DNA of 64,000 bases from Verrucomicrobia bacterium ADurb.Bin006 (GCA_002071485.1 MWFF01000086.1:34617-98616); one strand, 5' to 3'; counted from the first letter of the stretch, positions 26,651-36,472 are shown. The notes: generated by a model not told the origin, from the letters alone. Program-made: numbers and translations.

Positions 26651-28078
26651 ATGAAGAAGTGGATCGTTTGGATACTTGTGCTGGGCGTGCTCGGTTTCCT
26701 GGGCTACGGGCCGTGGAAGGCGTGGCGCGCCAAAGCGCGGGAGGCCGACGGGAACAAACGGCCGAGCACCGCCTCGGTCATTCAGACCAACATCAGCTTC
26801 GCCGTGAACGCCGCGGGTGAGATCAGCCCCGCTGAGCAGGTGTCCGTGCGTCCGGAAATCAACGGGAAGATCGAGGTGTTGCCGGTGGACATTGGCGATC
26901 AGGTGGAGAAGGACTCGCTTTTGTTCAAACTGGACGACAAGGAACTGCAGCAGCAACGCGCGTCGAACCTCACCGCCATCGAGCGGGCCAGACTCGAGCT
27001 CGCCAAAGCGGAGCGCGACTACAAACGCGCGGATGAGATGCTCGCCGATCACCTGATTTCCCAGGAACTGCATGACAACACGCAGACAACGTTCGAACTC
27101 GCCAAGAACTCGCTCGAACGCGCCCAGAAGGAACTGGCCATCATCGAGGAACGTCTGACGAAGACGGAGGTGCGGGCGCCCTTCGACTGCACCGTGCTCA
27201 CACGACCCGTCTCGATCGGACAGGCGGTGTCCGGGTCGGGCGGGTTCAACAGCGGAACGGAGGTCCTGTCCATTGCCGATTTGAACTCGATGGTGATCAA
27301 TGCGCATGTCAACCAGGCGGACGTGCCCCGCCTGGGTGTCAGCCAAACGGTCGAGGTCTCCGTCGAGGCCGTGCCCGGTCTTCTGGTGACGGGCGTGGTC
27401 GAGCGCATCGCTCCGCAGGCGACCATCCGGAACAACATCAAAGGCTTCGCCGCCCGCATCCTGCTCAAGAACGTCGACCGACGGGTGCGCCCGGGCATGA
27501 CGGCAAACGTCAAGATTCCCGTCGCCTCGGTCGAGAACGTGCTCGCGGTTCCTCTCGCCGCGGTGTTCACGGAACTCAACCCCGAGACCGGCCAGATGGA
27601 ACGTTTCGCCTACGTGCAGAACCCGACCGGCTACGAACGGCGCCCCGTGCGAATCGGCGTTTCGGATTTCTTCTATGCCGAGGTCCAGGACGGCCTCGCG
27701 CCGGGTGAGACCGTCTCCCTGGAGCTTCCGAAGGAACAGCGCGACAAACCGTCGAAAAACCTCGCCGGCGCGCCGTTCGCTCCCGGGCGGGTCGCCGCTG
27801 CCGCCCGCGCCACCGGCGCCCCGCCGGCGACGGCTTCCGCTCCGCGTCCGGCCGAGGGGGCGGGGGCTGGTGGTGTTGCTGCGCCGGCAGCAGGAGCTTC
27901 GAACGCGCCGCCGGCGGCCAAGATCGAGACCACTGCCACGAGCGGGACCACTGCCACGAGCGGGACCACTGCCACGAGCGGGACCACTGCCTCGAGCGGG
28001 ACCACTGCCTCGAGCGGGACCACTGCCACGAGCGGGACGGCGGCGTCGAGCGGGACGGCAGGCGGCGTCGGCCGGTAG
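26651..28078 (+). CDS. HlyD/MacA-type periplasmic adaptor with a C-terminal Thr/Ser/Gly repeat tail
   Basis: The ATG at 26651 gives an N-terminal TM segment (KKWIVWILVLGVLGFLG). Barrel-sandwich and coiled-coil regions follow (LDDKELQQQRASNLTAIERARLELAKAERDYKRA), then VRAPFDCTV. Confidence 0.9.
   Translation: MKKWIVWILVLGVLGFLGYGPWKAWRAKAREADGNKRPSTASVIQTNISFAVNAAGEISPAEQVSVRPEINGKIEVLPVDIGDQVEKDSLLFKLDDKELQQQRASNLTAIERARLELAKAERDYKRADEMLADHLISQELHDNTQTTFELAKNSLERAQKELAIIEERLTKTEVRAPFDCTVLTRPVSIGQAVSGSGGFNSGTEVLSIADLNSMVINAHVNQADVPRLGVSQTVEVSVEAVPGLLVTGVVERIAPQATIRNNIKGFAARILLKNVDRRVRPGMTANVKIPVASVENVLAVPLAAVFTELNPETGQMERFAYVQNPTGYERRPVRIGVSDFFYAEVQDGLAPGETVSLELPKEQRDKPSKNLAGAPFAPGRVAAAARATGAPPATASAPRPAEGAGAGGVAAPAAGASNAPPAAKIETTATSGTTATSGTTATSGTTASSGTTASSGTTATSGTAASSGTAGGVGR
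27929..28054 (+). repeat. 7 tandem copies of an 18-bp unit (ACCACTGCCACGAGCGGG) inside the adaptor gene
   Basis: There are six near-identical units: four are ACCACTGCCACGAGCGGG and the two at 27983-28018 carry a 2-nt variant (ACCACTGCCTCGAGCGGG). One further unit is degenerate. Together they encode (TATSGT/TASSGT)n. Confidence 0.95.
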
Positions 28079-28120
28079 CCGACGCTCCATGGAGTCTTCG
28101 AGGCCCGGATCAACACCTGT

Positions 28121-28876
28121 ATGGCCCTTGTCGAACTGCGCAACGTCAGCAAAATCTACCAGTTGGGCGGCGAAGAGATTCGAGCGCTCGATGACGTGTC
28201 GTTTGACATCGACGAGGGCGAGTTCATCTCGATCATCGGCCCGTCGGGGAGCGGCAAATCGACGCTGATGCACATTCTGGGATGCCTCGACTCGCCAAGT
28301 CGCGGCACGATCCAGCTCGACGGGATGATGATCCAGGATGTCTCGGCGCGCGAGTTGGCGGCGATTCGCAATCGGAAGATCGGCTTTGTTTTCCAATTCT
28401 TCAACCTGTTGCCCAAACTCAATGTGGTGCAGAACGTCGAGCTGCCAATGATCTACAGCGGGGTCTCGGCAGGCGAGCGCCGCCGCCGGGCAATGGCCGC
28501 CCTCGAGTCGGTCGATCTGGCGAATCGAAGTCGCCATCGCCCCAGCCAGCTCTCCGGCGGCCAGCAGCAGCGCGTGGCTGTCGCCCGAGCGCTGGTGAAC
28601 AACCCGCGGATCATCTTTGCCGACGAGCCGACGGGCAATCTCGATTCCCACACCGGCGAGGCGATCCTGGGGCTCTTCCGCCGCCTCAGCGTCGAGGGGC
28701 GCACCATTGTTCTTGTCACGCACGATCCGGAAATCGCGGCCGTCACCCCCCGCCGGATCGAGATTCGGGATGGGCGAATCGCCGAGAAGATCGACCTTAC
28801 GCTGGCGGGGTTGAATCGAACGGCCCCAACCGTCCCGCAGAGGCCGGCCGACGGCGGGACGGGAGTGACGCAATGA
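28121..28876 (+). CDS. MacB/LolD-type ABC transporter ATP-binding protein (stand-alone ATPase)
   Basis: Walker A GPSGSGKSTL, signature LSGGQQQRVAVARAL, Walker B IIFADEPTGNLD. Confidence 0.94.
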   Translation: MALVELRNVSKIYQLGGEEIRALDDVSFDIDEGEFISIIGPSGSGKSTLMHILGCLDSPSRGTIQLDGMMIQDVSARELAAIRNRKIGFVFQFFNLLPKLNVVQNVELPMIYSGVSAGERRRRAMAALESVDLANRSRHRPSQLSGGQQQRVAVARALVNNPRIIFADEPTGNLDSHTGEAILGLFRRLSVEGRTIVLVTHDPEIAAVTPRRIEIRDGRIAEKIDLTLAGLNRTAPTVPQRPADGGTGVTQ

Positions 28877-30378
28877 GCCATGACGATTTGAAGGCGGGCC
28901 GGGGGCGCGATGGAGAGAGAGGAGGGCCGTCGCATGCGGGGGCAACAGTGTCTCTCCGGCATTCGACCGTCGACCTGCACACGACGATCAGCGTGGGGCT
29001 GCGCGAGATCTGGGCGCACAAGTTCCGATCCGCGCTCACGATGCTGGGGATCGTGCTGGGCGTCTCGAGTCTCGTGGCGATGTCGGCGCTGGTCAAGGGC
29101 ATGGAGAAAGGCGCCAAGGAAGCGCTGATCGCGGTGGGCGGGCTCGAGAAGGTGCGGGTCGAGTCGCAATCCGTGCCGATCGAGCAACGGCATTTGGCGG
29201 AGCAGGCCGTGGGCATGACGATCAACGACGTCCATGCGCTCCAGAGCAGCGCGCCTCTTGTCAAGCGCCTCTCGCCCGAAATGCGCGTGCCTGCGATCGC
29301 ATCGGCCAACGGCAACACATTCCGGAGCTGGATGTGCATGGGCGTCTGGCCGGTCGCGCTCGAGATGATGGAACATACCCTGGCGCATGGCCGCATGTTC
29401 AACGCGATCGACGATGAAATGGCCCGGAGCGTGTGCGTGATTGGCACCGGCGTGCGCGATGAACTCTGGGGAAAGCCTGACGAGACCGGCAAGGAAGTCA
29501 CACCGATCGGGGAGACGGTCTTTCTCAACGGCGTGCCGTTCACTGTCATAGGCATGTTCCAGCATTACGAAAGCGAACAGGACCGCAAGACGCGCGAGCT
29601 GGCCCGACGCGAGGCCGAGGCGGGCGGCGCTGCGCAGACGCCTGCTCCAGGCCTGCGACGCGACCGGGGGCAGAGTAGGCGGTCCGGCGGCTGGGCGTTT
29701 TGGATCAAGAACGCGACCATTTACATGCCGCTCAACACGGCCTACATGAAATTCCGCACGGGCGCGAGTGTCAGAAGCTTCGGCCCCGGCGGCGGGGGCG
29801 GGATGTCGGGGACCACGGGGGACCCCCGGCTGACCGGTTTGGAGCTTAAGATCGACAGTGTGGATCGGTTGTCGGAATCGCTTCAGCAGGTCCGCAACGT
29901 GCTGATGAGCACGCACAAGGGGATCGAGGATTTCACGTTTCGGACGCAGGAGGACTGGGCCGAGAACATCGAGACCTTCGTTCGCAACACGCGGATGAGC
30001 GGCGGGCTGATTGCGGGGATGAGTCTGCTCGTGGGCGGGATCGGCATCATGAACATCATGCTGGCGAGCATCTCGGAGCGTGTTCGGGAGATCGGCATCC
30101 GCAAGTCTGTCGGAGCTACCACGGCCGACGTCTTCATCCAGATTCTGATCGAGAGTCTGGTGATCGCGATTCTCGGCGGGCTGGCGGGTCTGGTGGCCTC
30201 CTTCGGGTTGACCCGTCTGATCAGCACGTTCTCGCCGACGGACAACGCGCCGATCGTGACGCTGACCGCCATGCTGGTCGCCTTCGGCTTCAGCGTGGCC
30301 ATCGGCATCCTGGCAGGGCTGGTTCCGGCCTTCCGGGCCTCCCGGCTCAATCCCATCCAGGCCTTGCGGTATGAGTGA
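28873..30378 (+). CDS. FtsX/MacB-type ABC permease, paralog 1
   Basis: The ATG at 28873 overlaps the ATPase stop (ATGA). MacB_PCD-like periplasmic domain between TM1 and TM2, and the C-terminal FtsX core SISERVREIGIRKSVGAT. Confidence 0.9.
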   Translation: MSHDDLKAGRGRDGERGGPSHAGATVSLRHSTVDLHTTISVGLREIWAHKFRSALTMLGIVLGVSSLVAMSALVKGMEKGAKEALIAVGGLEKVRVESQSVPIEQRHLAEQAVGMTINDVHALQSSAPLVKRLSPEMRVPAIASANGNTFRSWMCMGVWPVALEMMEHTLAHGRMFNAIDDEMARSVCVIGTGVRDELWGKPDETGKEVTPIGETVFLNGVPFTVIGMFQHYESEQDRKTRELARREAEAGGAAQTPAPGLRRDRGQSRRSGGWAFWIKNATIYMPLNTAYMKFRTGASVRSFGPGGGGGMSGTTGDPRLTGLELKIDSVDRLSESLQQVRNVLMSTHKGIEDFTFRTQEDWAENIETFVRNTRMSGGLIAGMSLLVGGIGIMNIMLASISERVREIGIRKSVGATTADVFIQILIESLVIAILGGLAGLVASFGLTRLISTFSPTDNAPIVTLTAMLVAFGFSVAIGILAGLVPAFRASRLNPIQALRYE

Positions 30379-30423
30379 CCTGCGACGAACGGGCTAGCGA
30401 CAGCGCCCCGCCGCCCGGTTTCC

Positions 30424-31776
30424 ATGAACCTCTTCAACACCATCCGGGTCGGTCTGAAGGAAGTCTGGACGCACAAGTTCCGATCGGTGTTGACCATGCT
30501 CGGGATCATCCTGGGTGTCGCCAGCCTGGTCGGCATGGCAGCCGTCATCAAGGGGATGGAAAATGGCATGAAAGAGGCCATGATCGCCATGGGAGGGGCC
30601 GACAAGGTTTTGTTGCAGGAGGAGGATGTGCCTTCGCATCAGCAGCACCTGGCCGATCAGGCGCCTGGCCGGACGATGGTGGACGTCGAGGCCCTGAGAC
30701 GAAGCGCGCCGCTTCTGCGCGTGGTCTCGCCCGAAATGAGGGTTTCCGGCGTCGTGGCGACCCGCGGCGAGAAGATGGTCATGCCCTCCGAGTTGTGCGG
30801 CGTCTGGCCCGCGGTCATCGACATGAACCTGCACACGCTCGCGCACGGGCGTTTCTTCACTGAACTGGACGAGGAGAACGCACACGCGGTGTGCGTCATT
30901 GGGACGGGCATACGCGACGAACTGTTCGGAGCTCCGGAAGACATCGGCCGGGAGATCATCCCGATCGGCGAGTTGCTGAACCTGAACGGGCAGCCCTTCA
31001 CGATCGTGGGAATGTTCGCCCGCTATGAGAGCGAGCAGGAAAAAAAGATGCGCGAGCTGGCTAGGTCAAAGCCGCCAGAGGCCAGGGCCGGACCCCCGCG
31101 CCGGCGCGGCTTTGGGCGGGGCAACTGGGCCTTCTGGCACAAGAACTACACGATGTACATCCCGCTGAACACGGCGTGGATTCGGTTTCGGGCGGCGTCC
31201 GGAGTCGACAACATTCCGGATCCGCGGCTGTCGGACATCGATCTCAAGGTGGAGAGCATCGAGCGGGTCGAGGTGGCGTTGCAGCAGGCCCGCAACGTCC
31301 TGATGATGACCCACCGCGGGATCGAGGACTTCAGCTTCCGCACCCAGGAGAACAACCTCGAGAGCATCAACAAACAGATTCGCAATGCGCGGCTCAGCGG
31401 CGGCTTCATTGCGGCGATCAGCCTGCTGGTGGGCGGGATCGGGATCGTGAACATCATGCTCGCCAGCATCAACGAGCGCATCCGCGAGATTGGAATCTGC
31501 AAGGCTGTCGGCGCCAGCGGTCTGGCCATCTTCACCCAAATTCTCATCGAGAGCGTCGTCATCGCGCTGTTGGGCGCCGCTTTGGGCGTTGGGGCGTCGT
31601 ACGGCCTGGTGGCGATCCTTGCCCTGATCAGTCCGTCGGCCAATGCGCCGCTCATCACGCCTCTTGCGATGGCCATCGCCGTAGCTTTCAGCGCCCTGGT
31701 CGGCGTCTCGGCCGGCCTGTTCCCGGCATGGAAAGCCGCCCGCCTCAATCCGATCCAGGCGCTGCGCAACGAGTAG
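30424..31776 (+). CDS. FtsX/MacB-type ABC permease, paralog 2
   Basis: Same architecture as the preceding gene (SINERIREIGICKAVGAS). Clearly paralogous at the DNA level. Confidence 0.9.
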   Translation: MNLFNTIRVGLKEVWTHKFRSVLTMLGIILGVASLVGMAAVIKGMENGMKEAMIAMGGADKVLLQEEDVPSHQQHLADQAPGRTMVDVEALRRSAPLLRVVSPEMRVSGVVATRGEKMVMPSELCGVWPAVIDMNLHTLAHGRFFTELDEENAHAVCVIGTGIRDELFGAPEDIGREIIPIGELLNLNGQPFTIVGMFARYESEQEKKMRELARSKPPEARAGPPRRRGFGRGNWAFWHKNYTMYIPLNTAWIRFRAASGVDNIPDPRLSDIDLKVESIERVEVALQQARNVLMMTHRGIEDFSFRTQENNLESINKQIRNARLSGGFIAAISLLVGGIGIVNIMLASINERIREIGICKAVGASGLAIFTQILIESVVIALLGAALGVGASYGLVAILALISPSANAPLITPLAMAIAVAFSALVGVSAGLFPAWKAARLNPIQALRNE

Positions 31777-31794
31777 CGGGCAGGCGCCCTTCTC

Positions 31795-33288
31795 TTAGAG
31801 GATCGGCGTCAGAAGTCGCGCGACTCCGTCGCGAAGCCGCACAGGCAGGCTGCGGGCGTCGACTTGGGAGAGCGTGATCGGACGCGCCTGGCGTCGTCGT
31901 TCCTCGAACCAGCCGGCCAGTGTCCGGGCCAGAGCGGGGTCGTAGCATTCGACGTTGAACTCGAAATTGAGGCGCAGGCTGCGGGGATCCCAGTTTGTCG
32001 AGCCCAGGAGGGTCCAGCAATCGTCCACAAGCAGCAGCTTCGAGTGGTCAAAAGGCGGCGGCGACAGCCAGAGCCGGCATCCGCGTTCGAGCACCTGCCA
32101 CCAGTGGGCCGCCGATGCCCACTGCACGAAGGGCAGGTTGTTCTTGCCCGGCAGCAGGATGTCCACCGACACACCGCGCAACGCCGCCAGATTCAGCGCG
32201 GCGATCAACGGCGCGTTTGGCAGGAAATACGGTGTCATCACCCGCACGGTCGACCGCGCCGCCCCCACCGCCCCCAGCAGAGTCCACTGCAGCACCTCGA
32301 AATCCTCGTCCGGTCCGTCCGCCAAACCCCGCGCGAAGACGCGGCCAACGCCCTCGAGTTGGGGGAACCAGTGATCCCCATGCAGGCGTTCGCCCGTGGT
32401 AAACAGCCAGTCTTCGGCAAAGACCTCCTGCATGTGGGCCACCACCGGTCCCCGGAGCCGGAACTGGATGTCCCTCACCGGGTGCGACGGTTTCCTGGCC
32501 AGGCAATGACCGACCCGCAGGTTCATCCCGCCCGTGAACCCCTCGCGCCCATCCACGACGAGCAACTTGCGATGGTTGCGCAGGTTGATCGACACCAGTT
32601 GCCCTCGAGGGAATGCGGGGAGAAACCGGGCGTAGCGAACTCCTTCCCGTCGCAGCACACCCAGAATGGACGGCCACGAATAGCGCGTGCCGGTGGCGTC
32701 GATGAGCACCCGCACCTGGACGCCCCGCCTCCGGGCGTCGCCCAGCGCGCGGGCAAACGTGATCCCGACGTCGTCGCGGTCGAAAATGTATGTCGAGAGC
32801 GTCACGGAATGCCGGGCGGCGGTGATGGCCTCGAGCATCGCCGGGAACGCGGCATCGCCGTCAACGAGGCAGTCGACCTGGTTGCCCGGCACCAGCGGAC
32901 GCACCACAACCTCGTCCACCAGTGCGGCGAGCGTGACAAGGTGACGGCTCTCGGAAGGCAGATGCTGTTCGAGCGCGTCGGGCGAACACGCAGGCTCGAG
33001 CCCGGGCGATCGGTAATGGTCTTCCTCTCCCCTCAGCAGCAGGGCCCGCCGCCGAATGCGGTTGACGCCCAGCATGAAGTAGAGCATCGCGCCCCCGAGC
33101 GGGAGCATCCAGATCAGGCCGGCCCAAAGCAGGGCGGAACGCGGATCACGCTTGAAGAGAACGGCATGAGCCGAGGCCAGCGTGGAAAAGAGGACTGTGA
33201 ATCCGGCCAGAGCATACGGCCCAACATCGAGCAGCGCATCGAGTATTCCTGCAGTCGTCATCGGCCTGCCCCAGACATACCCGATCAT
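31795..33288 (-). CDS. cls: cardiolipin synthase (PLD superfamily)
   Basis: Two HKD motifs (NHRKLLVVDG and DHSKLLLVDD) and N-terminal TM helices. An alternative start lies at 33261. Confidence 0.92.
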   Translation of the reverse strand: MIGYVWGRPMTTAGILDALLDVGPYALAGFTVLFSTLASAHAVLFKRDPRSALLWAGLIWMLPLGGAMLYFMLGVNRIRRRALLLRGEEDHYRSPGLEPACSPDALEQHLPSESRHLVTLAALVDEVVVRPLVPGNQVDCLVDGDAAFPAMLEAITAARHSVTLSTYIFDRDDVGITFARALGDARRRGVQVRVLIDATGTRYSWPSILGVLRREGVRYARFLPAFPRGQLVSINLRNHRKLLVVDGREGFTGGMNLRVGHCLARKPSHPVRDIQFRLRGPVVAHMQEVFAEDWLFTTGERLHGDHWFPQLEGVGRVFARGLADGPDEDFEVLQWTLLGAVGAARSTVRVMTPYFLPNAPLIAALNLAALRGVSVDILLPGKNNLPFVQWASAAHWWQVLERGCRLWLSPPPFDHSKLLLVDDCWTLLGSTNWDPRSLRLNFEFNVECYDPALARTLAGWFEERRRQARPITLSQVDARSLPVRLRDGVARLLTPIL

Positions 33289-33408
33289 TCCTCCCGCGCA
33301 AACTGGAATCTCGACGGCCCTCGTTTAGCGTGGCGCGTGGAAAGCGAGGCAAAAACTTCGACTGGCTTTTCGGGTGGCCTGGGGCCTATGCTGCGCGCCG
33401 TTTTTAGT

Positions 33409-36177
33409 ATGACGTCCGCTGAAATCCGACAGTCTTTTCTCGACTTCTTCCGGTCGAAGCAGCACACCCTCGTGCCGTCGTCGACCCTGATGCCCGACGC
33501 GCCGAACCTGCTGTTCACCAACGCCGGCATGAACCAGTTTGTGCCGATCTTTCTGGGGCAGAGGGCGCCGGACGTGAGCCGGTGGGCCGGCGCTGTTCCT
33601 GGGCTCGATACGCGCGCCGCCGACACGCAGAAGTGCATCCGAGCGGGCGGAAAACACAATGACCTCGAAGACGTCGGTCTGGATACCTACCACCACACGT
33701 TCTTCGAGATGCTTGGGAACTGGAGTTTTGGGGACTACTTCAAACAGGAGGCCATCGCCTGGGCGTGGGAGTTGGTGACGGGCGTGTGGAAGTTTCCCAA
33801 GAATCGGCTCTACGCCACGGTGTACAAGCCCGGGCCGGGCGATCCGAGCGAGTTCGACCTCGAAGCCTACAAGCATTGGGAGCGCCTGTTCCTCACGGCG
33901 GGTCTCGATCCGAAGGTGCATATCCGTACGGGCGGCAAACAGGACAATTTCTGGATGATGGGCGAGACGGGCCCCTGCGGCCCGTGCTCCGAACTGCACG
34001 TCGATCTGACGCCGGACGGCGACACCCGCGGCGCGCTGGTGAACAAGGGCAGCGCACGCTGCATCGAGATTTGGAACCTGGTGTTCATCCAGTACAACGC
34101 AAACCCCGACGGCACGTTCTCGCCTCTCCCGGCCCGGCACGTCGATACCGGCATGGGCTTCGAGCGGGTGACGGCCATCATTCAGAATACCCAGGGATTC
34201 ACCGATTTCAGCCGCGTGATCTCGAACTACGAGACGGACATTTTCCGCCCCCTCTTCGACCGACTCGAACAGTTGAGCGGCCAACGCTACGGGTCGACGC
34301 TGCCTCCGGCAGGATCTCAGATTTCAGATTTGGAATCTCAAATTGCCACGGATGTGGCTTTCCGGGTGATTGCGGATCATATCCGGACACTCAGCTTCTC
34401 GATCGCGGACGGAATCCAGCCGGGCAACACCGACCGCCAGTACGTCCTGCGCCGCATTCTGCGGCGCGCCGTGCGGTATGGACGCTCGCTCGACCTGCAC
34501 GAACCGTTCTTCTACAGGCTCGTCGAGGTGCTGACGGAGACGATGGGCGGCGTGTTCCCCGAGATTCGGGCCAGGCAGCGCCATATCGAAGAGGTCATCC
34601 GCGTCGAGGAGGAGGCGTTCAACAAGACCCTGGACCGGGGGATCGAGCTGTTCGGCCAGGAAGTGGGGCGCCTCGAGAAAAGCGCCGGGGATCGTCGCGT
34701 CCCGCGGCAGGTGCCCGGCGACTTCGCCTTCACCCTCTACGACACGTACGGATTTCCACTCGACCTGACCGAACTCATGGCGCGCGAGCGCGGCCTCACC
34801 GTCGACACCGACGGCTTCAATCGCCTGATGGACGAGCAACGGGACCGGGCGCGCAAGGCGCAGAAGAAGCAGGTGGTCGAACTCTCGCAGATCGAAACCG
34901 AGGCGCCGACCCGTTTTGTTGGATACGACACTCTCGAGACGCCGGCGAGAGTCCTGGAAGTGGTGCAAGTGAAGGACAAGACGGCGGTCGTGCTCGATGC
35001 CAGCGTCTGCTACGCGGAAATGGGGGGCCAGGTCGGAGACAGGGGCGAACTCAAGCATGGCAGTCAACTCTGGCAAATTGCCGACACGCAGAAGAGCGGT
35101 CATACCTGGCTGCACCTTCTCGATCGCGGAGGCGGCACCGAGAGCGGCGAGCCCGACGCCCTCCAGCCCGGCCTCGATGTGGTCGTGGCCGTCGAGACGC
35201 GCCGCCGGGCGGCGATCCAGCGCCATCACACCGTGACGCACCTGCTGCATTGGGCCTTGCACGAGGTGGTCAGCCGGGACGCGTCCCAGAAAGGCTCGTT
35301 CGTCGGGCCCGACAAGCTCACCTTCGATTTCAACTGCGCCCCTTTGACCCCGCAACAGGTCGCCGACGTCGAGAAGCTGGTCAACGAGCGGATTCTCGAA
35401 AACGCGCCCGTGAGCTGGACCGAGGTGAAATACAACCACATCAAGGACCGCCCGGACATCATGCAGTTCTTCGGCGACAAGTACGGCGAATGGGTGCGCG
35501 TGGTTCAGATTGGCGGCGCGCCCACCGGTCTGGACGGCTACTCGATGGAACTTTGCGGCGGGACCCATTGCCGTGCGGTTGGCGAGATCGGCTTGTTCCG
35601 CATCGCGGCCGAGAACGCGATTGCAGCGGGGGTGCGGCGCATCGAAGCAGTGGCCGGTCTCGAGGCCTGGAAGCGCGCCGGCGAGGAGGCGGCCCTCCTC
35701 AGGACCGTCGCCGACAAGGTCAACGCGCCGTGGACGGAGCTGGACAAGCGGATCGACAACCTGCTGGCCCAGCAGAAGGAGATCGAACGCCAGTTGCGGG
35801 CCCTCGCACAGCAACAGGCCGCGGGCCAGGCCAAGGCCCTGGTCGGCCGGGCGCAGATCATCAATGGAGTGCCGGCGATCATCGAGAACCTGGGTGCGGC
35901 CGACGGCGACACGCTGCAGGGAATGGCCAACGAGTTGCGCGGCATGTTCGAGGGTGTCGTCGTCCTGGCGGGCGTGGCGAACGGCGCCGTTGCGCTGGTC
36001 GCGTCCGTGTCGCCGCAGTTCACCGCCAAGGCGCAAGCCGGCAAGCTCATCCAGACCATCGCGCCGGTTGTGGGCGGGCGCGGGGGCGGCAAGCCCGACA
36101 ACGCCCGCGGCGGGGGCAAGGACGTCGCCAAGGTGAACGAGGCGCTCGCGAAGGCGCGCGCATTGATCGGAGACTGA
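33409..36177 (+). CDS. alaS: alanine--tRNA ligase
   Basis: The ATG at 33409 gives MTSAEIRQSFLDFFRSKQHTLVPSS. FTNAGMNQF, the editing-domain HTVTHLLHWAL and the C-terminal GGRGGGKPDNARGGG are present. The upstream 1.5 kb of ORF 31864-36177 is antisense to cls. Confidence 0.96.
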   Translation: MTSAEIRQSFLDFFRSKQHTLVPSSTLMPDAPNLLFTNAGMNQFVPIFLGQRAPDVSRWAGAVPGLDTRAADTQKCIRAGGKHNDLEDVGLDTYHHTFFEMLGNWSFGDYFKQEAIAWAWELVTGVWKFPKNRLYATVYKPGPGDPSEFDLEAYKHWERLFLTAGLDPKVHIRTGGKQDNFWMMGETGPCGPCSELHVDLTPDGDTRGALVNKGSARCIEIWNLVFIQYNANPDGTFSPLPARHVDTGMGFERVTAIIQNTQGFTDFSRVISNYETDIFRPLFDRLEQLSGQRYGSTLPPAGSQISDLESQIATDVAFRVIADHIRTLSFSIADGIQPGNTDRQYVLRRILRRAVRYGRSLDLHEPFFYRLVEVLTETMGGVFPEIRARQRHIEEVIRVEEEAFNKTLDRGIELFGQEVGRLEKSAGDRRVPRQVPGDFAFTLYDTYGFPLDLTELMARERGLTVDTDGFNRLMDEQRDRARKAQKKQVVELSQIETEAPTRFVGYDTLETPARVLEVVQVKDKTAVVLDASVCYAEMGGQVGDRGELKHGSQLWQIADTQKSGHTWLHLLDRGGGTESGEPDALQPGLDVVVAVETRRRAAIQRHHTVTHLLHWALHEVVSRDASQKGSFVGPDKLTFDFNCAPLTPQQVADVEKLVNERILENAPVSWTEVKYNHIKDRPDIMQFFGDKYGEWVRVVQIGGAPTGLDGYSMELCGGTHCRAVGEIGLFRIAAENAIAAGVRRIEAVAGLEAWKRAGEEAALLRTVADKVNAPWTELDKRIDNLLAQQKEIERQLRALAQQQAAGQAKALVGRAQIINGVPAIIENLGAADGDTLQGMANELRGMFEGVVVLAGVANGAVALVASVSPQFTAKAQAGKLIQTIAPVVGGRGGGKPDNARGGGKDVAKVNEALAKARALIGD

Positions 36178-36210
36178 GAAATCCTCCCTTCATTGAACTG
36201 GAAGCCAACT

Positions 36211-36429
36211 GTGGCGAAAGAAGAGCCCATCGAACTGGTCGGAACGGTGAGCCAGGTTCTGCCCGGGACCATGTTCCGGGTCACCTTGCCCAACAAGCAT
36301 GAGGTCCTGGCCCACATCTCAGGCAAGATGCGGAAGCACTTCATCCGCATCAGCGTCGGCGACCGCGTCAATGTCCAGATGTCCCCCTATGATCTGAACA
36401 AGGCGCGCATCACCTACCGCCATTCTTAG
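36211..36429 (+). CDS. infA: translation initiation factor IF-1
   Basis: The GTG at 36211 gives a canonical 72-aa IF-1 ((M)[12 protein letters not shown]...MFRVTL...[16 protein letters not shown]...SPYDL.KARITYR). Confidence 0.93.
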   Translation: MAKEEPIELVGTVSQVLPGTMFRVTLPNKHEVLAHISGKMRKHFIRISVGDRVNVQMSPYDLNKARITYRHS

Positions 36430-36472
36430 GGTCCGTGCAAGAACTACTTCCGATTAATTCTTGCACAGACCC
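36429..36472 (+). terminator. 15-bp stem hairpin immediately after infA
   Basis: GGGTCCGTGCAAGAA at 36429-36443 pairs with TTCTTGCACAGACCC at 36458-36472, with one mismatch and a 14-nt loop. No U-tract follows. Confidence 0.5.

Noticed and set aside
27929-28054. Regular 18-bp repeat array, considered as a possible CRISPR-like or minisatellite locus
   Set aside because: The units are contiguous with no spacers, are far shorter than CRISPR repeats, and lie in frame inside a gene. This is a coding tandem repeat.
26594-28945. 783-aa minus-strand ORF containing a striking (PARGSG)n repeat
   Set aside because: It is antisense to the adaptor and ATPase genes. The peptide repeat is simply the reverse-complement reading of the 18-bp coding repeat at 27929-28054.
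31864-33408. The 5' 515 codons of the 1437-aa plus-strand ORF that ends as alaS
   Set aside because: This part is antisense to cardiolipin synthase, which has two HKD motifs on the minus strand. The canonical AlaRS N-terminus MTSAEIRQSFLDFF begins at 33409.
33765-36302. 845-aa plus-strand ORF, and the 570-aa minus-strand ORF at 34324-36036
   Set aside because: Both are alternative or antisense frames of alaS. They are extremely Arg/Gly/Pro-rich, while the alaS frame carries all class II and editing-domain motifs.
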